Shown: piece after piece, positions 13,402 through 26,771 of the stretch
How positions within the stretch are numbered: position 1 is the first letter of the stretch
Layout: each line of letters begins with the position of its first letter
Source of the DNA: Paraspadella gotoi
Taxonomy: Eukaryota > Animalia > Chaetognatha
DNA length: 64,000 nt
Direction of reading: 5' to 3'
NCBI GenBank assembly: GCA_051294375.1
Contig: CM119264.1
Coordinates: forward strand, 25,050,051-25,114,050
Translations under genes and position numbers: made by a program
The notes under the pieces: model-generated
Databases searched by the model: none
The model's input: only the letters and a program-made list of their open reading frames with translations
What the model was told of the DNA's origin: nothing

Positions 13402-14758
13402 CTCTCCGATTCCGCTTGCTTTCTTCGTTCCATTCTATAAACAATCTAGCGCTGACACCCGCTCGCGCAGAAAATCTCAAAATGGCGTCGTTATAAATCA
13501 GAGGACTTTCGAGTTTCACTGTTTTCCCCGACTTTTTTTATTTTGTTTGTTTGTTTTGTTTTTTTTTTTTGTTCATCATTTATTTTAAATAACTTACAAT
13601 TGTTTTCAGTGTTGGTATCACCAAATATGCATAAAATGAAAGAGTGAGACATTAAAAATACGAAAGTACGAAAATATGAATGAGTCAAATTTTTAAACTC
13701 TCAACTTATGAATGCTCTTTTGTTTTTCCTTTCCAGAATTCTCAATGACAAAATCCATGAGGAACCATTCCCTACAGCGACTCCGCCGCTGGTGACCTCT
13801 TTCTGCTGAAGCGCTGTCCCACGCGCCAATCCCCCGCGCCAATCCCCTGCGCCATTCCCCCGAAAGAAGGAACATAAAAATGATCTTCAGACTCAACAGA
13901 ATTCCTCTTTTCGTTCTCGTTTACGCGTTCGTCCTCAGGTGAGTTTGAAAAGGAAAACGACGAACTGACTGAGCGACCGACCGACCAATAACATATTTTT
14001 TTCAAATGAAATAAGTTTTTTAACGATAATTTGACGATAATATTTATTTTTCAGCCTCCTGTTGACTAAAACTGGAATCATCGCCGTCAGAAATAAAAAT
14101 TCTCGTAAAGGTGAGAATAAAAACAAAGAAACTTTTACGGTTTAGTTCTTTTTAAAAAGCTGATCTTTGATGTTCCGTTCTTTTCTCACTTTTTTAATTC
14201 CAAGGTGTTTTTATTCGAGTCAGGATCTTTTTGAGCGTCAATATAATATGTAAATAAAAGGACAACGGAATAAAAGAATCGAAAGAATAAGAATGAAGGA
14301 ACGTGAGTGGGACGCTGGAGTCGGGTGAATGTGGAATCAGTGAGAAGGCCGAGGGTCAGATGGAGAGGGATTGTGAAGTGAAAGGGAAACCCTAGTAACC
14401 GAGTGGGCGAGATTTCTCCCGGAAACGCCGTCGTAACTCGAATCGGCGCCATCGAATCACGCGGCGTCGTTCGACCACAAACCGGCGCCACCTGCGAAAT
14501 TCCCATTCGGCGAGGCCGCTGATGAAAATTCATTCGCCCGCAGGCGTCGCTGCCGACGCCGCCGACGCAGCCGACGCCGCCGCTGCCCTCCGCCGCAAAT
14601 TAGTTGCCGTGGCCAACGAAAGGGGGCAACGCGGCGGCGACGACGGCGACAACGACGTCGATGGCGACGATGGAACGACGACGACGACGAAAACGACGAA
14701 AGTCGTCAACGCAGGTTTCATTCTTTTTTTTTCTTTCTTCGTCTTTCTTTTTATTCCA

Positions 14759-14868
14759 TTCTCTCTCTTCCTTATTATTTAATTCTCTCTCTTCCTTATC
14801 ATTTAATTCTCTCTCTTCCTTATTATTTAAATCTCTCTCTTCCTTATTATTTAATTCTCTCTCTTCCT
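14759..14868. repeat. 24-bp minisatellite (TTCTCTCTCTTCCTTATTATTTAA) x about 4.5
   Basis: Direct inspection. Confidence 0.9.
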
Positions 14869-17800
14869 CTTTCTTTCCTTTATTTTATTTCACATTTTTC
14901 TTTTTTTCTTTTTCCTTTTTCTATTTTTTTCATTTTTTTTTTTAAATATTTGCTTTTTTCCTGTCTTCTTTTTATTTTATTTTTTTCATTCTTTAGTTGA
15001 GACACCTTTGCATCCAGCTTCGTAAAGTCAATCGTCAAAAGGCTGCTTTGCTGTTAGAGGCCAATTCGTGCTAAAGCTTTTTAGTTAGTGAGAAAAAAGT
15101 CGTAGTCAGAGTGAGGAAGCGAATTTCCTTCTTATTTGAGAGAAAAAAAATAAAAATAAAGAAAATAAAAAAGTCTTTTTCTTTATTACTTCGGAACAGC
15201 AAAAGTGGGACACTTTAATTCGAGAGCAACGTTCCCTCATGGGTATCTCTCTCTCTCTCTCTCTCTCTCTGTTTTCTACTAAGAACAAATTAAATATTCG
15301 TTCTTGCCATTGTCGATTGCGTTGTCGTTTCTTGATGTCAGTTAATCCATCTATTTCTTTGTATCCATCTTGATCCCGTCTCCGTATTTNNNNNNNNNNN
15401 NNNNNNNNNNNNNNNNNNNNNNNNNNNNNNNNNNNNNNNNNNNNNNNNNNNNNNNNNNNNNNNNNNNNNNNNNNNNNNNNNNNNNNNNNNNNNNNNNNNN
15501 NNNNNNNNNNNNNNNNNNNNNNNNNNNNNNNNNNNNNNNNNNNNNNNNNNNNNNNNNNNNNNNNNNNNNNNNNNNNNNNNNNNNNNNNNNNNNNNNNNNN
15601 NNNNNNNNNNNNNNNNNNNNNNNNNNNNNNNNNNNNNNNNNNNNNNNNNNNNNNNNNNNNNNNNNNNNNNNNNGAAATACAAATGGTCGCAAATTTTATA
15701 GAATAATAGGCATTATTTTTGAAGCTCATCCTGGGAATTTTCTTCAGAAAAAGATTGTGAAAATACGATACATAAAAAANNNNNNNNNNAGAAAGAAAAA
15801 TAGTTCCTAAGAAAGAGATATAAATTTCGGAAAAAGTCAATTTTTTCCTTATTTCCCGCCGCGCGAGTGGAGGTCCTTTCGAGTCACTCCAACTATAATT
15901 TTTGACTTAATACTGTATTCACTTTTTATTTCTCGTTTTAACTATTGGCAAATCGAGTTCATTTTGTTACTATCACTTCATAAGTTATTACGGACAAGGA
16001 ATTTTAACAGCCTTTCTGCTTTTTCTATGCTTTTTCCAAAATCACATATGCGATCATAATATTTTTAATTACGATAAACTCATTTTTACATTAGATTTCT
16101 TCTCTTTTATCTGACAACTAGAAGATCACTTCACTTTTATCAATTCCCACTATCACACCTCCAAAAAATCTGTCTCGCTTGTTTTGCCTCCGTCATCATA
16201 ATGGCGTCGCTGTGTCGCCGGTAGCAGCGTCATTCGAGACACGCCCCCCTGGCCCCAGCGGGAGTCAATGGTCGTCCCCCCAAAAAAGGAGAGAGAGAAA
16301 GTAGAAGAAAAAGTGAGGAGAAAATGGAATAAAGGGTAAGATAGGGGAAAGGGAAAGTAACACAAAAAAATACCCTTGAAGATACAAGTATATTGTTGAG
16401 GAGATACAAATTTCTATAAAAATAGCAAACAGAAGAAACATTTTTAAAATACAAAAAAAATATAATCAAACGTTTTGACTACAAAAATGTTGTTAGTTCG
16501 TTGTCGATTTTAAATTCTGAAAATAAACGAGAACTCGGGATCAAACAAAATGGAAGCGATTCTAATTAGTTTAGGAGAGAATCACTCGAATTTATTCACT
16601 TCGCAGAGAAAATTTCGGAATAGAGACATTGCAAAGGGGATTAGAGTTGCCAGGGGTTTGAGGACAAAATTGAAAGTGGGGTGTGCTCCTCTTATTTGAA
16701 GAGGACAACGGTAACTTGATAAATGATAAGTTAAGATGTTGACAAATAGAAATAAAAACATAAATAAAATTAATAAAATCATTTATGTTAATGTTTTGAA
16801 ATCGGTTTTTTGAAACGGTAAAACGAGTAATTTTGCCATTTTCAAAGTGGGTTTGGGAAGAGGGAAAAATGAAAAAGATATTTTAATAATAAGAAATATC
16901 TAGAAAAATACTGAAATAACGCTAAAGATTTAAATATAAGGTAGAAAAAAAACGTTTTTCCCATAGCACTCCAGGAAAAAAAACCCGGAAGTGAGATTCA
17001 CAGGGAACAGGTGGCGCCACCAAGTTTTGTGATGTTTTATTCAACGGTTGGTAGCGCTGCCCTTGGAAAAACAATAAACATTGGAAGAATGAAGCAAATA
17101 AAGATTAATTGGTTGAGGTGAAAGTTGGGTTTTTTCTTGCTTTTTTTTTAGCCGAAGATCAGTTAACAATGAATAATTACGAAATTAAAAAAAAAAGGTC
17201 CTAACTTATAAAAGTATTTTTTTTAATTGGACTTTGGTAATATAGTAATAAAAAAGGCGCCTCTTTTAACATCATTCAAATTTATACGTATAGATGGATT
17301 TATGTACAAGTGTGCATACGCTAATCAGGACAAAATATTTTTTAAATTTATTTTTCCGGTGGAAAAATAGTAAAAAAAAATATATTGCCGATTGAAAAGG
17401 AACGAAAATAAAAGGACAAAAATTGAAAAGAGAAAAAAATCAAACTCGACGCTAATCCCTTTTTAATTGAAAACTCTCTNNNNNNNNNNNNNNNNNNNNN
17501 NNNNNNNNNNNNNNNNNNNNNNNNNNNNNNNNNNNNNNNNNNNNNNNNNNNNNNNNNNNNNNNNNNNNNNNNNNNNNNNNNNNNNNNNNNNNNNNNNNNN
17601 NNNNNNNNNNNNNNNNNNNNNNNNNNNNNNNNNNNNNNNNNNNNNNNNNNNNNNNNNNNNNNNNNNNNNNNNNNNNNNNNNNNNNNNNNNNNNNTCTGAG
17701 AAAGAGAGTTGAAAGATTACAAAATAAAACTTGGTTGTTTTCAATCGTAAGTAAAGGGTTTTATGCCTTTGCTTTTTTGTATTGCAAATGAGATTCTAAA

Positions 17801-18029
17801 AAGTAAAACCAGAACAAAAATAAATAAGTCCCAACTTTTTATTTTTTTATTTCTTACAACTTTTTTTGGGGGCAAAACCTTTATGTGTGAGAAAGAGAGA
17901 AAGAGAGAGACAAAGAGAGAGAAAGAGAAAGTCAGAGAAAAAGAGAGAGATAGAGAGAAAGAGAGAGAAAAAAAAATCGAAAACACCTTTGTTTCCTTTT
18001 TGTTTTCATTGTTTTACCTTGTTTCCAAG

Positions 18030-18080
18030 ACTCTTCGTCTCTGGCGTCTGCTCGTGTTGTGGCGCAGGATTGTTTTGGCC
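18030..18080 (+). CDS. Candidate short 5' exon (possible signal-peptide region) of the IgSF gene
   Basis: Pyrimidine-rich acceptor ttgtttccaAG at 18029 and donor GTGGGT at 18081. All three frames are open (e.g. TLRLWRLLVLWRRIVLA or LFVSGVCSCCGAGLFW), so the frame is unresolved. Confidence 0.25.
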
Positions 18081-18201
18081 GTGGGTTTATTACTTTCCGC
18101 GATTCGATCATTTATTCTCGCCTTCAAACTTTTTCAACCTTTTCTCTCGACTTTCTTCTTTCCTTAACCTTACCTCGAGAAAACTAACTTTCTTGCTTCA
18201 N

Positions 18202-18611
18202 NNNNNNNNNNNNNNNNNNNNNNNNNNNNNNNNNNNNNNNNNNNNNNNNNNNNNNNNNNNNNNNNNNNNNNNNNNNNNNNNNNNNNNNNNNNNNNNNNNN
18301 NNNNNNNNNNNNNNNNNNNNNNNNNNNNNNNNNNNNNNNNNNNNNNNNNNNNNNNNNNNNNNNNNNNNNNNNNNNNNNNNNNNNNNNNNNNNNNNNNNNN
18401 NNNNNNNNNNNNNNNNNNNNNNNNNNNNNNNNNNNNNNNNNNNNNNNNNNNNNNNNNNNNNNNNNNNNNNNNNNNNNNNNNNNNNNNNNNNNNNNNNNNN
18501 NNNNNNNNNNNNNNNNNNNNNNNNNNNNNNNNNNNNNNNNNNNNNNNNNNNNNNNNNNNNNNNNNCCTTCGACCCCCAAAAATTCGCCATGAAAATCGAT
18601 CCCACTAAAAG
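18202..18611 (+). CDS. IgSF exon, mostly hidden in N gap; visible end FDPQKFAMKIDPTK (Ig D-strand region)
   Basis: Branch point and acceptor ctaac...tttcttgcttca runs into the gap at 18201. The right gap edge reads FDPQKFAMKIDPTK followed by the perfect donor AG|GTAAGT at 18612. Confidence 0.6.
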
Positions 18612-19920
18612 GTAAGTTTGATATTGACACCTCTCTTTTGTTCTCTTTCCAGGAAAATTCACTGACCTAATAATTCAAATCTGTGTGTACTTTTAAACAA
18701 AATTTTAAAATAAAAAAAAAGTTGTTAGTAAAGTTTTAAAAAGGAAAGTTAACAAATTTAATTTTATTTAGTGACTACGTAATATAAGGATGGAAACAAA
18801 TAAGACTAATTTAAAATCTTTGGTAACCCACGTCTCAAAAAAGAATTAAGTCGTTGATTTAATTTTATTAATGTTATATTAACTACTAAAAATGTTAATA
18901 ACAAAGGCAAAAGTGGTTCTACGTTTCACCAACGTATTACAATTATTCAAAACAATAATAAAAGGACGATATACTTTAAAGATTTAAAACGAGGTAAAAA
19001 TGTCGTGAAAACTTTGGACGTCGATTAAAAAGAGAGAAAACGTGGTTTTAGTTCTTGGCTTGAAATTGAGAGTAAACTTTCAGAAAGAACGCGATAAGGT
19101 TTGCGCCACATCATGCCAACCGTTTACCTCATACATTTCTCACTCATCACTCCTCCCCCTCCTCCGCGGAGATCCAGCTCGAGTCCAGGCTTTAGGTTTT
19201 TTCATCACTCTGCTTTCATCTATTTCTCTCTCAGCCGTACCCTGCTGCGGACCCGGTCGCTCAGAGTCCTCTGTTAATCCATTAGTTTTTTACCAGCCAA
19301 TTTAGCCGGCTTACATTATATTTATCCTGTCACACAGTTTTCACCACCGTCTCTACGTTACGCTACAGATTTCAGTCAGATCTACACCGACACTCTAGTT
19401 AGAAGCTTTTCAAATGTAAAAAGAAGAGTCAGCCGACGACGACGACAACTTCACAGAACTACATAATTTGGTGAACGTATCTTTGTGACAAAGTCATCTT
19501 GGAGCTGAGAGCCAACTTGAATCGCCAGAAATCAACAGTTATTTCAATTCCATCTCATTCTCATTCCATAAAATTAATTTTTATCATTTCATCGTTCGGA
19601 ATAGATATATCGAGAAAAATTAAGTAATAATCAGCTATATTCTACAGGACCTAAGCGTACTTAGATATAGCAGTCAACCTCTCAAGCCAGAATCCTTCCG
19701 CAGCTCCTCTTTCATCCCTACGCCCTCCTCTTCAATGCAATCTCTCATCCTCTACAATACTCAACGCACCCTCTTCATCCTCACCGCCTCACCTCTATAA
19801 CCTCCGCTCCTCATCATTCTCCCCTCCTCTTATCATCCTCCTCCTCTTTCTTCATCCTCCTCCTCCTCTTCAATCCTCGCCCCTTCCTCTTACCAATCCC
19901 CTCCTCTTCCCTTCAAAAAG

Positions 19921-20071
19921 CCCCTCTCACATGCGTTGATCATCAAACGCCCGCCTCTGCCGGCGACGGCGGCGCGTACAAATGCATCATCCAAAACCGT
20001 CTCATCCGCCAAGTTGAATCCGTCGTCAGCCCACCCTGCCTGCGAGTCCTCCGCCTTCAGAACCCAAAGAG
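19921..20071 (+). CDS. IgSF exon: V/I-set Ig E-F-G strands (LIIKR..ASAGDGGAYKCIIQNRLIRQVESVVSPPCLRV), with apparent sequencing frameshifts
   Basis: Canonical D-x-G-x-Y-x-C motif at 19965-19985. L-x-I lies upstream in a shifted frame. Long polypyrimidine tract ending in AG at 19920, donor GTAGGC at 20072. Confidence 0.75.
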
Positions 20072-20722
20072 GTAGGCGGGAGACGGAACACACTGTGGGG
20101 AGGCAATCACTGTGCGCGATTGAAAATTCGTAGCGGGCAGGAAAGAGTGAAAGAGTGAAAAATTGCATTACGCATGGAAGACTGAGAAGAGATAAAAAAA
20201 GTTCACTTTAAAAAAGTAGCGGAAGGATCATGTTGTATACAAATTAGATTTCACCGATCAAATCAAGCGAGCCTCATCTATTGAATTGACGATAAATGTC
20301 AATTTTAAGTGAAATAGATGCCTCGTGAAAGAGGTTCCCTCGTAAAGACGATCTCCGAGTGCCTCAGGGCCGCTGCTTGATTTTCAAAAGAGGCGTTTCT
20401 CTCTCTCTCTTTCACGCGGCTCAGCCGCAGGCGACGCGGCCGTCGCCCCCACCGCCGCCCCCGCTGCAGCCGCCCCCGAGCCGCCCCCGCTACCGCCGCC
20501 CCCGCTAACCGCCGCCTTCGCACGCCGCTGCCGCTGCCCCCGCCGACCGCGCCGTGCCATTACCTTCCTTTTTACATCGAATCGCGCGCGCGTCGGAATC
20601 AAAAAGGGAAAAAAAGTTTCTCGAATGGCTAATTTTATATCGAACTCAGAACCGAGTCGGGCGTGAGAGAGAGACGAGAGAGAGAGAGAGCAGAGAGAGA
20701 GAGAGAGAGAGAGAGAAGAGAA

Positions 20723-20767
<45 letters not shown>

Positions 20768-21572
20768 TGAGAATCTCTAACTCGGGTCCAGCGTCGGCCC
20801 GGAAATTAGAAAAGTTATCAGCGACTTTGAAGATTGAGTGGAGCTCAACGGGGACGGCGAAGGTGGCGCTGGTTGTTGTTGTGGTGGTGGTGGAGGTGGA
20901 GATGGAAGCGGCGGCAGTGGCAGTGGCGGTGGCAGTGATTGTAAATGCGGTGGAGGCGGGAACGACGCTCGCATAGATGGCGCTGCCGGAGATGGCGTTG
21001 GTGGTGGCGTTAGTCGTGTTGAGCGTGGTGTTGAGCGTGGCCTTCAACGTGAATGTAGTAGTGGTTGCAATGTTGGGTCGACGATAAAAAAACGCCAACA
21101 GTTCCTCTGATAATCTTTACTATATTTTAAGGTTTGTTTAGACCCGCGTAACGGATTAAAGTAGCGTGAAAATTCAACTACCAGCCTCCTTCTACGCTTT
21201 TAATTGGTGTCCGACTATCGGCCGACTTTTCTGAATGGAATCGTCGCGCCACTTTGGTAACAAGTTCTGGTCGTAAAGAAGCCGTAATGTCGCCGGATTT
21301 GATCGCCGAGTGACGGACGGACGGACGGACGGACGACGCCATCAATGCCGACATCCGTGATTTCACCCGCGATTCCATGTCGTCAGTAATGGGTGATGCA
21401 AATGAGATTCGACACAAAAGAAGAAGACGATTATGACATTCGTCTCTCGTCCCTTTACGCTTTTTCTTTCGCAAAAATAGAAAGATAATTAGAAAAACTC
21501 TGAAGGGAAAAGAGAGGGAGGAGAAAAAAAAAAAAAAAGAGGAGAGAGGAGAGAGAGAGAGAGAGAGAGAGA

Positions 21573-21608
<36 letters not shown>

Positions 21609-22361
21609 CCGAGGTAAGTTTAGCTTTTCATTTCATCTTTATATAAAAGTTACGTTTTACGTGTATATTAAACTTCGTACTATATAATATCGTCTTTTNN
21701 NNNNNNNNNNNNNNNNNNNNNNNNNNNNNNNNNNNNNNNNNNNNNNNNNNNNGTCTAATATAATATCGTCCTTTTCCCAATAAAACAAAAAATGTACAAA
21801 CTTGCCTTTTTTTCTGTCGGAAAGAATTTCATTATCCCTCTGTTGTCGTTAAATCGGAATTAGTTGTCCTTTTGTTATCGTTGTTTCAGGATTTATGATC
21901 TCGTTGTGAATTTTTATTTCATTTTTATCTCCTGCGGCATTTAGCGCTTTCTGTTTACCATTTTTTTCCCTTTGACTTATAAACAACACGCTTCGAGAAT
22001 CACCGTAGTTTTTTTTCCTTTTTTTCTTTTCGGAATACTTTTCTCGGAATTAGAATGAAATGTAGCATTCTTTAAAACAAACATTCTTCATCACAAACAA
22101 ACGTATATTTTTATAATTTTTTTTTACCTTCTTTTTTTTATATTTCTAATTTAAAAAGGTAGTAAAATTTGGTGTAAATAATTCAAATTTTCTTTCACTC
22201 TTCGATATTGGGTTTTTCATCCATCACTCCCAAGTTAGAGATCATTTGTTTTCATTTTTATTCTCGCCCCCTCTGTGGCACCACGCGCGAAACCCCTAAA
22301 AACAAGTTGTTTTTTTTTTTTACTTGGCCGGAGGGCGTCCGACGTTGTTTATTCGTCTCAG

Positions 22362-23328
22362 GNNNNNNNNNNNNNNNNNNNNNNNNNNNNNNNNNNNNNN
22401 NNNNNNNNNNNNNNNNNNNNNNNNNNNNNNNNNNNNNNNNNNNNNNNNNNNNNNNNNNNNNNNNNNNNNNNNNNNNNNNNNNNNNNNNNNNNNNNNNNNN
22501 NNNNNNNNNNNNNNNNNNNNNNNNNNNNNNNNNNNNNNNNNNNNNNNNNNNNNNNNNNNNNNNNNNNNNNNNNNNNNNNNNNNNNNNNNNNNNNNNNNNN
22601 NNNNNNNNNNNNNNNNNNNNNNNNNNNNNNNNNNNNNNNNNNNNNNNNNNNNNNNNNNNNNNNNNNNNNNNNNNNNNNNNNNNNNNNNNNNNNNNNNNNN
22701 NNNNNNNNNNNNNNNNNNNNNNNNNNNNNNNNNNNNNNNNNNNNNNNNNNNNNNNNNNNNNNNNNNNNNNNNNNNNNNNNNNNNNNNNNNNNNNNNNNNN
22801 NNNNNNNNNNNNNNNNNNNNNNNNNNNNNNNNNNNNNNNNNNNNNNNNNNNNNNNNNNNNNNNNNNNNNNNNNNNNNNNNNNNNNNNNNNNNNNNNNNNN
22901 NNNNNNNNNNNNNNNNNNNNNNNNNNNNNNNNNNNNNNNNNNNNNNNNNNNNNNNNNNNNNNNNNNNNNNNNNNNNNNNNNNNNNNNNNNNNNNNNNNNN
23001 NNNNNNNNNNNNNNNNNNNNNNNNNNNNNNNNNNNNNNNNNNNNNNNNNNNNNNNNNNNNNNNNNNNNNNNNNNNNNNNNNNNNNNNNNNNNNNNNNNNN
23101 NNNNNNNNNNNNNNNNNNNNNNNNNNNNNNNNNNNNNNNNNNNNNNNNNNNNNNNNNNNNNNNNNNNNNNNNNNNNNNNNNNNNNNNNNNNNNNNNNNNN
23201 NNNNNNNNNNNNNNNNNNNNNNNNNNNNNNNNNNNNNNNNNNNNNNNNNNNNNNNNNNNNNNNNNNNNNNNNNNNNNNNNNNNNNNNNNNNNNNNNNNNN
23301 NNNNNNNNNNNNNNACGACGACTAAAGG
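22362..23328 (+). CDS. Probable IgSF exon(s) almost entirely hidden by N gap
   Basis: Acceptor ttgtttattcgtctcAG at 22361 sits immediately left of the gap, and donor GG|GTAAGG at 23329 immediately right of it. The content is unseen. Confidence 0.45.
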
Positions 23329-24035
23329 GTAAGGTCATGGGTAAGGAGTTTCGGGTCAAGCGAAAGAGAAAAAGAAGCGAAGAGGATAAACTGAACTCCT
23401 AAATTCGGGAGAGGAGAGAAAGGGAGGAAGAAGTTGAAGAGGAAAGGAGGTAAGTAAAAAAAGGAAAGGGAGGAAAGCTGCGGAGATAAGAAGGAAACAA
23501 AATAAAAAAAGAGGCGGACCGTAAAAACGTTACAACGCAAGACGATGGAAAGAATAAAAAAAAAGACATTAGCCATAAAATTGTGTCTTTTGATTCCCCG
23601 TTTTGTTGTGGGTCTTTNNNNNNNNNNNNNNNNNNNNNNNNNNNNNNNNNNNNNNNNNNNNNNNNNNNNNNNNNNNNNNNNNNNNNNNNNNNNNNNNNNN
23701 NNNNNNNNNNNNNNNNNNNNNNNNNNNNNNNNNNNNNNNNNNNNNNNNNNNNNNNNNNNNNNNNNNNNNNNNNNNNNNNNNNNNNNNNNNNNNNNNNNNN
23801 NNNNNNNNNNNNNNNNNNNNNNNNNNCTCTCTCTTTTTCATTCCCTCCAACGCTTTTGTTTCCTTCTCCCTTTTGTTATATACATGAAGGATTGAATATT
23901 GGAAGAAATTGGGAGGAAAGAAAAGGAAAACTCACTTGAGGACTGAATGGAAAAAAGCGAGGCAGAAATGGAGCGGAGGTGGAAAAGGGAGGAAAGGAAA
24001 GAAGGAAAGAAAGAAAGAAAGAAAGAAAGAAAGAG

Positions 24036-24074
<39 letters not shown>

Positions 24075-25556
24075 AAAAAGAAAGAAAAAAATAAAGAAAG
24101 AAAGAAAAAAAAGGAAAAAATAAAAAGTAAGGAAAAATAGAAAGAAAGGAAGATTTAAAGTAAATTTGGTTGCCATGTTACTATAAAAAAACTAAAAAAG
24201 AATCCAGAATAAAAAAAAATAAGAAAATAAAAAAACGTAGAACAAAGCCGATAAATAATTAAAAAAAAAAAATTCTTATCTTATTAAATTTCATAAGCAA
24301 ATTTTTTGGATAAGAGTTATCTTACGTGTAAAGTAACATTTTTAATACTCCCGGCGACAAAACATTTTTCGATACAGACTTTGACAGAGAAAGAAAAAAA
24401 GGAAGAAAAAAAAAAGAATCGAAATGATAAACGCTTTTCGTACGCAGACAAGCGGAGAGTGAGGGAAAGAAAGAAAAAGAGAAAGAAGGAAAGANNNNNN
24501 NNNNNNNNNNNNNNNNNNNNNNNNNNNNNNNNNNNNNNNNNNNNNNNNNNNNNNNNNNNNNNNNNNNNNNNNNNNNNNNNNNNNNNNNNNNNNNNNNNNN
24601 NNNNNNNNNNNNNNNNNNNNNNNNNNNNNNNNNNNNNNNNNNNNNNNNNNNNNNNNNNNNNNNNNNNNNNNNNNNNNNNNNNNNNNNNNNNNNNNNNNNN
24701 NNNNNNNNNNNNNNNNNNNNNNNNNNNNNNNNNNNNNNNNNNAGTGAGTTTGAGAGTTGCTGTGATATCGTGTTTTATCATAGTTGGAGTCATGAGCTCA
24801 GGTTTACTTATATTTCGCGGTGCCTGTAACTTTTGCTATGGAATAGGAAGTCTTTAGAGTTTTCAAAAATTGGGTTTTTATGTAAAAAAATTTTTCAAGT
24901 TGGTTCACAAATGGTGAAGTGGGTTGACAAGAGCGACTCGTGTGACTTTTGAGTTGCCCGACTTGCCCCATGGATGGGCGGAGTTTCTCAAAGCTGAAAA
25001 GAAAAAAAGCAGGAATTTATTTTTATTTATTTTTTGTAACCAGACTTTGTGTTGGCGGCCAATTTCCCTCTCACTGGTTCCGTCTGTTTTCTATTTTCTC
25101 TCTCTCTCTCTCTNNNNNNNNNNNNNNNNNNNNNNNNNNNNNNNNNNNNNNNNNNNNNNNNNNNNNNNNNNNNNNNNNNNNNNNNNNNNNNNNNNNNNNN
25201 NNNNNNNNNNNNNNNNNNNNNNNNNNNNNNNNNNNNNNNNNNNNNNNNNNNNNNNNNNNNNNNNNNNNNNNNNNNNNNNNNNNNNNNNNNNNNNNNNNNN
25301 NNNNNNNNNNNNNNNNNNNNNNNNNNNNNNNNNNNNNNNNNNNNNNNNNNNNNNNNNNNNNNNNNNNNNNNAGAACCGACTCTTTCATTCGCCTTTCAAA
25401 ACGTCAAGAGTTGAAAATCGCTCTCAGACAAACTTACTCGCGGAAACTTTTAAACTTTTTCTACACTCTTTCTCTCGGGGGAGGGAAAACATAACAGTAG
25501 ATATATATACTAGCCGAAAAAAAAGTAACCCAGAAGGAAGAGGAAAACAATAGCGC

Positions 25557-26408
25557 AGTCGAGTTATCTTGAGAAAGTTGCATTGTCTAGATTATCGATG
25601 CTTTTCAATCATCAGTTGGAGGTTCATAGAGCTCAAGGTTTATACTTATCATTGCGCTGGTATGCCTAGCATACTTTTACTGCCTATGGAAATAGCGATA
25701 AGGTCTTACTTAGAGTAATTATCAAATAATTGGATGATATTTTTTATTATCGTTAAAAAAAACACACCATTTTCAGTAGTATGCGTTCACAAACTGATGT
25801 ATATGAATTGTGTTCGACCAAGAGCGACACTCCGTGTGGAGCATTATTGAGTTGCCCGACTCTGCCCCATGGCAATGGGCGGGATCATTCTCAAAAGCCC
25901 TGAAAAGAACAAAAAGCAGGACATTTTTCTAATTTTTTAATTTGATTATTGTACACCAGCACTATTGCTGCTACTGGCACGCTGCGCCCATTCTCACCTC
26001 TCACTGGCTCTACCGTCTAGTTTTTCTAATTTTCTCTCTCATCTCCTCCTCTACAAATCATCCTCTCTCTCCTCATCATCATCCCATCAATCTACATAAC
26101 TCTACAATACTCATCTCTTTACTCTCTCTCATACTCTCCCTCTACTCTCTAATACCTCTATCCATCACTCATAAATTCCTCTCTCCCTTTCTCTCTCTTT
26201 ACTGTTATCATATCATTCAATATTTACAACGTCCCAAAGACCCGCACTACTAATTACATTCTTCAGCCTCCTTTTCATCAAAACCTATTCATCAAAAACC
26301 AGGATATCACAAGCAGATTTGGGAAAATCAGCTACCTCTAGACCAAACATAACCATTACCTCCGCCAGGAAACTTATATAAACTTCTTTATCTACATCTC
26401 TTTCTCTT
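25557..26408 (+). repeat. Insertion-rich second copy of 24743-25475 (likely assembly artefact)
   Basis: Collinear anchors (gagctca-ggttta, gagttgcccgact, ctgaaaagaa, cctctcactgg) with dense insertions. Confidence 0.85.
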
Positions 26409-26427
26409 CATTTCCTACTCTCATCTG

Positions 26428-26464
<37 letters not shown>

Positions 26465-26685
26465 CTCTACTCTCTTCATCCTCTCTCTCTTCTATCTCTC
26501 CTCTCTCTCTCTCTTCTATCTTCTCTCTCTCTCTCTCCCTTCATCTCTTACATTATCTCTCTCTCTCTCTACTACTTCTCTCATCTCTCTCTACCTCTCT
26601 CTCTCAATCTCTCTCCTCTCTCTCTCTTCTCTCTCTCTCTCTCTCTAACATACATTATCTTCAATATCACGGCTTCTCCATTCAG

Positions 26686-26771
26686 GGTCTTTCGCACGGG
26701 NNNNNNNNNNNNNNNNNNNNNNNNNACGCGGAACCTCGAGCATAGCTGATCTTCTTAGTTCGTCTCTTCAG
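26686..26771 (+). CDS. Candidate internal exon of IgSF gene split by a 25-N gap
   Basis: Acceptor ttctccattcAG at 26685. After the gap the only open frame is RGTSSIADLLSSSLQ, ending at donor CAG|GTGAGG (26772). Confidence 0.4.

Noticed and set aside
14522-14714. GC-rich ORF MKIHSPAGVAADAADAAD... as first exon of the receptor
   Set aside because: Composed of GCC/GAC repeats, with no signal peptide and only a weak donor (GTTTCA).
19921-20071. Pseudogene or programmed frameshift in the Ig exon
   Set aside because: The exon lies in a noisy, read-like stretch, and the other exons are intact, so sequencing error is the simpler explanation.
20838-21110. Gly/Cys-rich ORF MELNGDGEGGAGCCCGGGG...
   Set aside because: Degenerate (GGT/GGC/GTT)n low complexity that is open in several frames on both strands, with no convincing splice sites.
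21541-21620. Perfect donor GAG|GTAAGT at about 21614
   Set aside because: Preceded only by (GA)n with no acceptor or coding signal.
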